Shown piece by piece: positions 13,671 through 26,000 of a DNA stretch of 64,000 bases. A program made the position numbers and the translations under genes. This DNA comes from Raillietiella orientalis (Eukaryota). The notes below the pieces were generated by a model, which did not search any database, was not told the DNA's origin, and saw only the letters and a list, made by a program, of their open reading frames with translations. Position 1 is the stretch's first letter; every line of letters begins with the position of its first letter. The stretch covers positions 1,550,001 to 1,614,000 of the forward strand of contig JAYWIR010000002.1 in assembly GCA_036172245.1 (NCBI GenBank), in the 5' to 3' direction.

Positions 13671-16600
13671 CCATCTTTCCCTCCTCGTGGATGGACCCTC
13701 CGTCTCGTACCAGGAGCTGGTGGATTGATGATGCTTCTCCACAGTGCATCAAGAATAAGCTCCTGCCAATGCCATCCTACCAGTGCGGAGGTCGGCGTGC
13801 AGTGTCCTTAGGACGATTAAACAAAATTGGGTTTCGACTCAAGGGTCATGTGGGGGTCCTTCGCCTGCAACCGAAAGAAGAGCTCCCCAAACACGTTAAG
13901 GAAGGCGCATGGTATTTTTTTTTTCTTTCTCTGCTGATCCGGGACGCTTCCTTATAGCGAATAAATAAGCATGCTGAGCGGGGACTGACATCCTAACAGA
14001 ATCCTACACAGGTGAGGGAGGACATAATTCGATGTGCAGCTGGTGCATACAGCGAGAGACCTAGGGTGATAAAGGGATAGGGGCAATCAGCAAACAAAAA
14101 AAAAAACAAAAATAGATAACGGTGAAGGCTCACCAGGTTCCAGTTCTTCTGGCTCATAGTGCCGCTCGATGAGGACGGTGACCTTTGCATCTTCCCGCTC
14201 CCCATAGCGGCACAGAGATGTACACGAGGAGCAGAAATTCATCCTCCGCTAGCGTTGTTCCACCCCAAAACTAGCTTTCTGGGTGCTGAGGAAACGCCAC
14301 GAGATGGCACCTGGCGAGAGTCCATCTTGCACGAGTTCTTTAGAGTGTCCTCCGGTTAGAGAAGCGACCCAGTTAGCACAAAGGGAGTTTAGGGGATCCC
14401 GCGGAATGGATCTTTCCCATCCTCGCCTGAAAAGTTTCTCCGAAACTGCCGCCCCCTCTTCACTCTGTGAGGACCACAAGTTCTCAATGCCCTCGCAGCA
14501 CTGCTGTCTGCTGAATGCGGATGGGTAGCAGGGCGCTGTTCAGACATAAGGAGGGAACTACCTGGAACTTACCTAAGAGGAGCCCAACACCCTCCTGACG
14601 CATCAGCCTCCTTACGTCCTCGGAATGGCCATATCGTCTAGCTGGACTATCCCTTAGGAGTTCGGTGATCCATGAAATGGGATACAGATGAACTTACTCC
14701 TTGCCGGTCTACCACTGTAGTTGTTTTCCTTCAAGAAAGACAGAGCTGCTGCTGAAGACAAAACGGATGCGCTGGTACGTTTCTTCCGGTTCTGGATCTC
14801 TGAGGGGGACTCTTGCTACTAGATGGAGTGCGAGGAGCATCGCTTCCGGACTCTCTCTTGTCACGTGTTGCCCCCGGGTGTCGACTGTATTCTGCCATTA
14901 TGTGTTGAGCTTCGCCATGAGGTGCAAGAAGGTATACTTGCTTGGGTAAGAGGAAGGTGGGGGAGTCCTTCATCCAGATAAACGTGACTACTGCCCTGTG
15001 GCACCTCCTCAGATCAGGTGAGTCTTCTCTCTTGTGAGTCGTCTCCTGCTACTGCTGCTCTTTCGTGACGACGATGCAGCACGGGACATTTAAAGCTCCA
15101 GAGCAGTGAGGCTGACCACTGAGGACTGGAGAGGATGTAGCAGGTGATCAGAGACTCCTACCTCAAGATGAAGGCCGAGCAGGGTTAAAAAGTGCAGGTG
15201 AAAAAGCACATCGCTCATATAGACGGAAAATGCTTGAAATAAATTCTTCACTTCCTGAGAATTTTTTTTGACGTGACATCTATCCGGAAGCAATGGAACT
15301 GCCGCCAAGTGGTCACACAGTCGTTTCTCAGCACAGGCAAGCTTCAAATGCAGACAGTTTTGTCCAGTTCGCTGCTGACTTCAGTTTGAGGAAGGGAAAA
15401 GGACTGAGAGCCATCGATAGTGCCCTAATTTGCCCTTCTTTGAGTTCAGGCTGAGAACCATAATACGATCTTTCCTCCAGGCTGGTTTTCCAAAGTAACG
15501 GACTTCGTATTTGGAAGATGAGCGAGACTTTTTCGAAGCTGCGTATCTCGCCTCACGTTGCTACGCCGTCTTGACAGTGAAATGAGTGATCTGAAAAAAG
15601 TGGCAGGCCGACGATAAAGTGATTCACTCCAAAGATTCAAACATGGGGTTTGAGCATGGCATTCATGGATGAATCCGCTAGACTGCAGAGACCATAATCT
15701 GGTCACTGTTTCTAATTTAGCAAAAATTGGTTGGCGATCTCATAAAACAAAATCATCTTCTAATGGAATATCACCGCTGTAGACTTTTTGAAAAGGTCTT
15801 TTGCAGTTATAACAGTTGGTATTCTTTCTTTGTCTGGCACTGCTTTCCACTATATAAAAATATGTTTGGTCATCCTAATCTGAATTACTTCATCTGTTAT
15901 TACCCATATAAAGTAAATGCTTGTGACGTTCTCTTCACATGGAGAGACAACATACCGATGATTCCAAGTTAATCTATTCAATGCATACATTCTTGAGGAA
16001 CACAATCACGTTCTTGGAACGCAGGAATTCCAACTGGCACGCGATTTTTTTTTCTGCCACGAATGCATTATCGTGCTATGTCTAGGTTTCTAGCAAAGGA
16101 GAGAATAAAAACGGAAAGTTGGTATTTCAAGCGACAGAAATCAATTAATTATTGTTTACTGAACGCACCAGGTTTAGTGGTTTGAGGAATGCATAAAAAA
16201 ACACAAAGAATGGCGGGATTGCTAGTGAACATCGTTTTTAAAGTTAAAAAAAAATTCAGTGTTAATAACCCAGAAAAAAGAGACATTTTTTTTTTTTTTT
16301 TTGCTTGCATACAATGCACGATATAGTGCAGCAAGATCTGTATTTTGGACGTTACCCAATTATTGACCTTACAGAAATCCAAATAATTTCTTTTAAACGC
16401 TGCGACACCATTATTTGTCCTACAAGAAGTGGATACTATAATTATTATTCACCTGTGTGCAGGAAATGTATATGAATAAAGTGTATTGGAAATGACTACG
16501 ATCTAGAAAATGACTTGGTCCTTCAGGCATCCTAAAAGCAGGCAACATAAAGCGCGTACTTCTTTCTGAAAACTCTGAAGTAGGAGGCAACTCTGACTTG

Positions 16601-19600
16601 AAGCCATTTTCGTCCACCCTTCGGAATTTCCATTTTTATGAGCTGCTTCGAAAGGGAAGTGCAGATCCGGATTATGACGAAATCAGATACCGTTGCAGCT
16701 AAGAAAGTTCCGCCTTAATTAGGGAAAAAAGTCAATTTTTTTTTCCTGAAGCAACGAAAACATAAGTCATTTTAAAGGAAGAGTTACTGTAAGGGAACTG
16801 AACCCGAAGTCATTTTTTAGAAACCAATGTCATAGATTCCTACAATGTAGTGAAGTTTCAAAATGTTTTCTGGAAGTAAAAGTCGGATCTTTTCAACGAC
16901 AGTAAAGGAAGCATTTTATTTACAATATGTTTTTTAAATTCACTAATCGAACCCCATTCTAACAATTGAGGAAAAAGCAATGTGAAGAATTAATTAATGT
17001 AATGACAATTTCATCTTCTGAAAATATTTACTGATTCAAGTCCACTCAATGAGGAATTTTTTTTTCTTTGTTTGCAGTCCCAACAGCATCCAACTTCGAC
17101 AAAGATTGGATGCTGTTGACCGGCTAGTAATTCAGTTCAATTTAACTCTTCAGGAAAAATATAAAATCATTAGCAAACCAAGATCAATAATTAGAATGCC
17201 ATTGCCGAAGCAGATAGAAGAATGGAACAGACAGGAAGACATCAGCGGAAAAGGGAAGTTCGTCTGTTCCTCACAAGATCTTCATGATTTAGGGAAATTA
17301 ACTATGGCAAAGTCAGTTTATGGCTGCTTGGGCATATTGAGATATTGTGAGAGGATTGAAGAGAGGACATCCAAGAATGTTTTTATATACATATTTCTGT
17401 GATCATAGTAAATTGGAGGACATAAAAATGTAAATGGCCGTACGTTGATTTAAAAGTGATTAATTTAAAATTTTCTATTTATTTTTGAATAAAACAAATC
17501 TTAAATCTGCATACCAAGGTAAAAACCTCCGGAAAAGTAGGACTCAAATGATAAGGAGAAATTGGAGAAATTTGAAAATTGTGCTTCTGACTACAACAAA
17601 ATGCTAACATTTTTGACGCATTAGTATACGTTATTTATTCATGAGCTTTCGATTTTTGCTAGAAAAAATACAGATAAAAACGGATGAACTTTCCTTTTTT
17701 TTTTTCTTTCCTACTTCCTAAAATGTTTTCAAAAATCCTTTTATTATTCGCAACTCGTTAACTAAATAATTAGGTATTCATAGCCTCTTCACTGGCGTTG
17801 GTTTATTAATGCTATAACAGATAGCAAGAAATTATTCTAATCGATTAATCTGTTTGACTAATTGATGTATTTCTTCGTTCAATGATCACGAGGAATTTTT
17901 TCCACTTCCCAAAATACAGGAAAACAAGGGTCTGGAAGAGGTATGTTTGATAGAACTATTGTAGATGTTACCGAAAAGGGATTTGATACGATCCATTTCT
18001 GACACAATCTAATTGTAAGAATTAAAAGAAATATAATAATAATAATAAAAAACAGAATTGTGCTGATCATAAGTACTCATACATACATACAGGTGATTGA
18101 AATAGCAATTGTGTACATTTTGTGTCGTCAAATCAGTGGTTAAATGGGTTGTGGTTTGCCAGATAAATTAACATCGGTAGCATATTATTGCGAATGTATT
18201 ATCAGCTGTACGAAGTACAGTAAACGATTGTAAGGTACTGATGTACATGAAATTCGTTGATAGGGCCATGTAACAGTGCAATCCTGAGGACGAGGACCAA
18301 AGCTGAGATCGAAAAATCAGTTCTCGAGTTATCGTGGCTTTTTCTTCAGAAAAAAATTGCTGCTTGAAGGTGCATCACACACTTTAGAAGACTGATTGGA
18401 ATCTTTCTGGATATGAATGCGCTTCGAAACTTTCTCTTTGATGGGAGATGTGGCTGCAATTCTCAATGAAAGCCAAACGACTTCGTAGTTTGAACAAAGG
18501 AGAAGCAACCATACGAACTGTTGGTCTGTATATCCAAAGCAGCATTTTTCGAAGTGTAACTCCCAACAGCAAAAGGGACCATCCATTCGACGTCCAAAGA
18601 ATCGTAGAATAGGGAAATCGTGTTCAAAGAAGTGATAAAATGAAGCTTTGTCGTTTTTCACAGAGCCAAGCGTATCGTAGGTGTCTTATGGCTTTCCGAT
18701 CGGACATTATCTTCTATGGACAAAAAGTATTTCGACAGTGTTTTTCTTTCTGCAGAATCACCTGCGGACGCATTCTTTCCTCCCAATTCTGTTTCCGATT
18801 AATACATGTCAACATCAAGGCTTTTCTCACAGATGAGCTGAGTCTTGAATGTTTTATTCAACTCCAGAAAGAAGCATGGCAAACACAGCGGATCGAGTTT
18901 TGGATTTCAGGCTCTGATGATACGTTATACATGTTGGAATTTCAAGACAAGGCATACGAAGTTCCTAAAGCGTAGACTGCCTTTAATTCTCGAGGTAACG
19001 ATTAGGAAATCTTGCCCAAGGGCGTGGTTGACGAGACAGTCGTAATACTTAATGCTCTTGTGAAAGCAATTTGGGGTTTGATCAGTAGATCCTGCGAAGT
19101 GTGCTGAGACTGCAGTTTGGGTCTCCTGCTGTATGTACTGAATAAGCGGATGTAAGGAAGGGTTCCTAAATGGCTTGGAGGCATCATTTTATTCAGGGAT
19201 ATTTCAAGAAAGTTTCCACTTTCGTCTGTGATTTCTTCAATGAAATTACCGGCAGAATCAGAACACAGTAATACACTGCAATCACGTCAATACGAACCCG
19301 TACATATATTGAAATTTTGTTTAGTAAAAGCAAAAATATTAACAAATAAAGTGAATAAGCCTCCTTATGAAATTGCTCTTCCCTCTACTATGGCTGTGCT
19401 TTTTTGTGAGATGTGATGCCAAGGGAGGAAGAATATTTGGGATTAAAATTTCGATTTTCAACACTGCATAAATTTATTGTGCAGATGCTGGTCGTTATCT
19501 GAAGACTTGTGACAATAAGCCTATATTCCAAAAAACTGAAACACACATTCTGTGTCATTTAAGCACACATAAATAGGATTAACTTTCTCCATCTGACAAG

Positions 19601-19789
19601 TTAATTGTCCAGTTTTGTCCACATTCATGGATTCTCATATTTAATAATATGGCAACTTTAATGAGTTATTACATCTGATTGTTGTATTTTTGGAAATATT
19701 GTATTTTTACAGCATGCAGACTTACATAATCTCAAGCATAATAACTATACATCTAATCTTGCATGAAAAACAATTGATTTATTGCTAAA

Positions 19790-22700
19790 CTATTGTGCCT
19801 GTCTTCCCAAATGTTTACTGACTACCTCCTTCATGTCTGCATACCATTTGCCAACATCAGTATGAGTAACAAGATCTTGAAAAGCAGGTGTATCTTCCAT
19901 ACAGCTAAGCACACCAAACATTGCTAAATCAGCTAGATTTGGCAGGGAGCCTCCCAAAAATGTTGTGTTTCTATTTTTGACTTCCTTCATCCATGTATTA
20001 CAATGATCATACAAGCTCAAGCGAACATCATTTTGCAACTTGTACCTATGACATACTAATTACTTAGATTAGTTCGATATTTCATTTACTTTTTTTGCAT
20101 AAGATGGCCAAGTAGATACATTGCTGGAGATCCCATATAGACTATCAAATGCATTTTCCATCCAGGAAAGAATTCCCTCCAGTTTCCAACTTCTGCAGAA
20201 TGCTTCACAGTAATAAATGCTTCTTTTATTGTTCTATATAAATTAGGTACTACAGTATGAATAAATGTTTCATCCACCCACTGACGCCATTTGAGCTCAT
20301 CCCTGATTTCTAAAATAATAGATAAAAAGTACTGTGGCATCAAAACTTACATTAAAGAAGTATCAGAAACTGATACCCTGCTTGTGTTTGGGTTTGTTAA
20401 ATGATAACGATTACTTGGTTCCAGAACTGGTTTTCCTTTTTCATTTTCATAGCTCAGTACAGGATATGCAACACAAATTTCTGACAGAGGTACTGTAGGA
20501 TTATGTGCATATGATGCCAAAACTGACACAATCAGTGAACTGTCGACAAGCTGCTAAAATGTTGCAATTCAAGTTTAGTTGTGGTTTCATCAATTATTCT
20601 TTGTCTTTCTTTCTCAAGAGACATGCTAGATAAATTATTACAAAATGGGCTTCAAGCATGACAATAAAAAATGAAGCATAATGAAACATTAACATGGGAC
20701 CTGTGTAACCTTGCTAGAAACAATTCTACCAATTCAAAAAACAAGAAATAAAGCCATAAAAAATGTGACCAAATAACCTATTTTCATTTAGTAAATAAAG
20801 CAAGAACTTATTTTATAAGTGAAAATGATTACCAAAATATCTCCATCACTTGTTTCTGCAACCATAAAGGGTAATTTCTTCCATTTTGACCAATTTATTT
20901 GTTCTGACTTTAGTGGATTAACTTCAATTATATCATAAGAGAAACCATAGTAATCCAGAAAGACCCTCACTTTTCTACAGAAGGGGCAGTTGCTGTACTG
21001 ATATAAAGTTAACTTCAATTTTCCAGTTGGGCTGCCAATCTATAATATTTTCTTCGAAATCAAAACAATTTTAAAATAATACTAATAACACATAAAATAT
21101 TATTGCAATAACAAAACATTAAGAAAACTATATCAAAATGTTATCAAGGAATACAACATCATATTTCCTTAATCTTTCATGGCAATTATTTCATTACTTG
21201 ACTTTGGGAATCATTCATTCTACTGAAATACCATCCATGCAATGCTTAACTGGAAGCTACAAATATGATAGCAAAAAAAAAGTAGCAAAAAAATTCATAT
21301 TTCCACAGAAACTAGGTACCTTCCTACCGAGGGAAAGTAACTGCCAATACACGTTGAAGTTTACTATAATTTCTCTAAGTATGAAACAGAAAAAAATTCA
21401 TGAAACCTTGCTTTTGAAATTTCTGCTTCTAATTATTTAAAAAAATTATATCTTTCACCTAGGTAATTCTCTCACACTATGGTTAAATCAGTTATTTCAT
21501 GAATGAGCTCTGTTTTTAAAACTTGCTCTGCTCTGGTTATGCATGGTCCGATTCATAATTAAATAAAAAAATGATTCATGGCAAAAACAAACAGTAAAAG
21601 CATACCACATTCATGAGGTACATGAAATTACACATAGAATATCACCTGCATATTCATGATTCATACAGAGTTTTTGTTAAAAGTCAGCAAGTATGTCATT
21701 TATCTTATTGCCATCATTGATCACAAATGCTCTAAAAATATCTGTTACAATATTCCCAATTTCACAAAGATTTCAGCTGTTCTGTCAATTTAGCATTCTT
21801 GTCTTAGTATGAGACAGAATTGCAGTCTTTTAAGGAATGTATGTAAACTTATTCAGCCACAGAGGTAAAACTCAGTTCACTAAAAGCTTCTTTCAATTCT
21901 TCATTTGAGGCTTCCAGAACCTGGCAAGGTTCTATAATTCTACAGCACCAGTTAAAAACAGCATCACCTCGAAATTAGGGTTATATACAATACTACTGGT
22001 GTCAGGTATCTTCAAAATTAATGTGGTATTATTGCAAAATTGCAAATTGCTGAAGTTGTATAACTTATCACTCAAGAGATAAATTTCCTATAACTTATTT
22101 TATAGGAAATTTATCTATAACTTATCATTGCTATGATAATACTTTCATCAAAACATCCTAGCTAATCACAGGTGAATATTGACTGATCCTGCTGATTTAA
22201 AAAACAAGATCCAAGGCTGCTGGTCCAAGAAACACCACATACTTACTATCACACACCTTTTACTTACAATGCCATCCTGTAATCTTAAAAGAACCCACTT
22301 TGTTTCGTGAATCTCAAATTTAAAATAAAATTCTTGATAGAAATATCTGTCTTTTTGAAGGAATCGATGTTGAAATAATTAATGATTTAACAATTGCCTA
22401 GAACCCACTTTGCTTACTATTTTGAATAAAGTTGCAGAAGAAACCTTTTGATTGACAAACTGCATTTCTTGTATCCTTTCGAAAATTCAGATGCTATTGA
22501 AAAATTTGTCCCATAGACTAGAAGCATACGTTTAACCCTGAATACTCAAATTCTCACGTTTCAACATTATTTCATCAGAAAAAATCCTCTGACACATAAA
22601 AAATTTGACATGAAACATCGTACACGTCAAATATATGCCTCATGAAGATTAAATACTTAATTTACTTATCAGAATTTTCGGAGACCAAGTATCTACACTT

Positions 22701-22992
22701 TTTGATTTTCGATAAATCAAAATTCTGGAACATACCTTACCGATTGTTTGGCTCGCATTTCTGGTTTCTGCTCAAGTTTATAGAAGTCGTTTAATACTTT
22801 TAATTCGACATTCTTCTTCTGATTCTTATTTCTGAGGCCCAAATAAACGCCAACACCTACACCTGCTGCGACAATTCCAAGGAAACTTTTCACATATGGC
22901 TTATCCAAGATTCTTATGCTTTTTATATGTGATTTTCTTTGAAACACCTTTATTGCATGTATGCCAATGAAAAGCCTAGTGCTTCCAAACAT
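19790..22992 (-). CDS. PTGES2: Prostaglandin E synthase 2 (mPGES-2, glutaredoxin/GST-like), 5 exons
   Basis: Exons 22992-22741 (N-terminal targeting/TM segment), 21039-20833 LTLYQYSNCPFCRKVRVFLDYYG, 20553-20351 QLVDSSLIVSVL, 20302-20090 DELKWRQWVD..VPNLYRT, 20045-19790 ..FLGGSLPNLADLAMFGVL. CPFC motif, GT-AG introns in phase. Confidence 0.95.
22077..22116. repeat. 17-bp perfect inverted repeat in PTGES2 intron 1
   Basis: AGATAAATTTCCTATAA-cttatt-TTATAGGAAATTTATCT, with tataacttatca on both sides. Confidence 0.9.
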
Positions 22993-24404
22993 CTTAAACC
23001 AAAGAAATCTGCATAAATTTATCTTGCTAAATGGAACGATAATCGCAGCAAGCACAGACACGTGCCTCAGAGTAGTAAGCTGTTACCGTGACACACGTGA
23101 CTTCGTGAACGAACGACTTGCAACGGCAGCCACCTCAATTTGTTCGCCTGTAAGAAATGCTCCCACAAATATACCCACTATTAAAAGAACTTCAAAATTC
23201 GGTGAAACACTACAAAAACGTCACCAATAGTGAGTGAAGTTACATAATGGGTGAATATCACACAATTATGCTAAGCATTTGAGTGTTAAATGCTCATATT
23301 TAAAAATGAGACAAATTCGTTTTTCATCTATCATTTCCAATGTATCTAATCTAACAGTCTTTAATATTTTTATTTGAACATCTAGTCATCCAAATTGGAA
23401 TATTTTTTCTTAAGCTTTCGTGCATATTATGTTGATTTCGACTATGAATGTACGATTTAGTTTTAGAAATTTTATTTCGTATCTGGATTTTAACTAAATG
23501 GATTTAGCTACTGGAACTATAATTTCATCTTAAATCATCGATCCCATCAGCAGAATCCAAGGTCAAGTTTTTTGTAGAAATATTCCAAGATCGTGATCCT
23601 ATTTTTTACTTTTTACACCTATAATTAATAAAAATAAGATTTTTCTGTCCCATATTTGTTTACACTACAATTCTAAACCTATATAAAGACTGTTTCGGGA
23701 ACGTATCGATACTAGATTCTTTTATTACCCATTTTCATCAATCGAAGGTCTTTTCGTTTTATTATTAAACTGTTTCTCTCCTTTTAATACTTTGGCAGCT
23801 TATTTTGTATGCATTGGCAGTGAGATTTTGTCGCTATTCTGAAGGAAGAGTTACGTGTGTTGTCATTGCTGAAATTAAAAAAAAAAAAGTCTCTTTAGGT
23901 TTCATAGAATCAAACGGATCCCAAAGCATCCGATATATTGTCTTTATAAACACAGAGAATTAGCTGTGGAAGACTTTTGAACTCTGAATATCCGGGATTA
24001 AAAGCTTGCTATATAAATGCAATTCCATAAAAAATCATTGTCTTGAATTGTCCAACTATATAGATTGGTGCATAATATGGAAATAAGACTGTTCTATAGA
24101 AACTGTTCTTAAGAAATGACTTATGAGTTTTTGTGATATTTTTCAGTAGTTTTTAAAAATCCATTTAAACACAGATATTACAGGGAAACTGACTTATCTG
24201 CTCTTCTACTCAGAATACATACTTACAAGAATTAAAAACTTGCCTTACAAAGTTTTTTGAATACCAAAGTTTATTTAAATTGAAATCCTTTCTAAATATG
24301 CAACAGGTGTCACAATCAGTACATCGGAATTCTTAAAAGGGGGGATAGGTAATTGGGGGAGATTTCCATTCCATCGGCGTTTTATAGAGACAAATGATGA
24401 CAAT

Positions 24405-25675
24405 ATGTGCAGCATAATGCGTAGAGTTTTACCACCTAACAGAATGACGGTGGCAACGGGGTCACGGCTGATGTGTCATTCTCCAAGAGAATGCAACGTA
24501 AAGTGGTGGTATCCATGTTCCAGCTGAGGAAATTATGCAGTGTTTCTTTGAATCATAACTTCATCTTTCGTCAGGTACTTAAGAACAGTTATATTCTTGA
24601 GATTATGAAACTTACGAAGCTTTAGCTATTTGATAAAGGCAGTTCCACTTACACATATCTGCTTGCTGACAAGAAAACCCAAGAAGCCATAATAATAGAT
24701 CCAGTAATAGACTGTGTGGAAAGAGATTCGACATTAATTAACGAGTTGGGATTGAAACTCATCTATGCCGGTATACCTTTCACCTTTAACGCAAATGCCC
24801 CTTCCGTGCCCGAAGATATTAGCTGTTTTTGTTTGCATTTAGCACAGCTTTTTTTTCTTCCAGTGAACACCCATGTTCATGCTGATCACATAACTGGAAG
24901 TGGCAAATTAAAAAGTCGCTTTTCTGGCTGTAGAAGTGTTCTTTCAACACAGAGTAAAGCACTAGCAGATGTACTCGTGAGTCATGGAGATACAATAGAA
25001 TTTGGGAATTTCTCAGTTGAAGCAAGAGCCACACCTGGGCACACCAATGGTAGTTTCCCTTGTAAACTGTGTGATGTTTCAATTTATCTTTTTTGCCCGG
25101 AAGTTACAAAAAAACACGCACACACTGTGACATTTTTACATGATTTGTTTTGTTCAACAAAAATGCATATGGGACTGCATGACAAAAATGCACATAAGAT
25201 CTGTTATAGGATGCTGCACCTATGTAATCCATTCTCTAAAAATGGCTTTCACGGGTGATGCCTTATTAATTCGGGGATGTGGAAGAACTGACTTTCAAGA
25301 AGGGAATCCTTCACTTCTATATGATTCTGTGCATCAAAAAATATTTACTTTACCACTAGATACACTATTATATCCAGCACATGATTACAAAGGTATTATA
25401 TATGTATGTATAAAATATCTTTTGACATTTATGGTTTACTAATATAAGGTTTCTCTGTCACCACGGTAAAAGAAGAACTTGAATTTAACCCACGGTTGAC
25501 ACAGCCAAAGGAGAAGTTTATATCGATAATGAATGCACTTAACCTTGATCCTCCACAAAAAATTGGTAGTGTATTCTGTGTTGGAAAAAACGTATTTTCA
25601 ATATTTTTCTTAGGCATTTCTGTGAAAGCTAACAAAGTCTGTGGTCTGTATGATCTACCACCTGAATTTGAATGA
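24405..25675 (+). CDS. ETHE1: Persulfide dioxygenase ETHE1 (metallo-beta-lactamase fold); start codon and first exon uncertain
   Basis: Exons 24541-24574 ..FIFRQ, 24625-24770 [20 protein letters not shown], 24864-25049 [18 protein letters not shown], 25210-25392 [24 protein letters not shown], 25449-25565 ..NPRL, 25614-25675 ..ANKVCG, stop TGA 25673-25675. Confidence 0.95.
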
Positions 25676-26000
25676 GGAGCTCTATCATGCTTTACCATGT
25701 ACAACTGTTTTAATGCCTCACATTCCTACAAATTCAAATTCTAAAGTAAATCATGAACAGGTTTATATATTTCAAACTAGTATAACATGTGCTTGTAACA
25801 TTTGCTTTTCATGTACTTTCCTTCTGTAGCTAGTGAAACTACAGCTAGTTTTGTGTATTTCTATCCAATTATCAAAGGCAGAATTAATCTAAATTGTTGA
25901 TCACTTTTCAAGTGCCTAGGAGAAGCAAGAGATGCAGTACAATTTTTTTTTTTATAGAGTCATAAAATGTGTATCTTTTTATATTAATTGCTAATAAAAC

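Noticed and set aside
17078-17402. Exon-like ORF after a strong acceptor (ttgtttgcag)
   Set aside because: No recognisable product and no linked exons identified.
18284-18325. CTGAGGA..TCGAAA hammerhead-like motif
   Set aside because: No convincing stems I or III.
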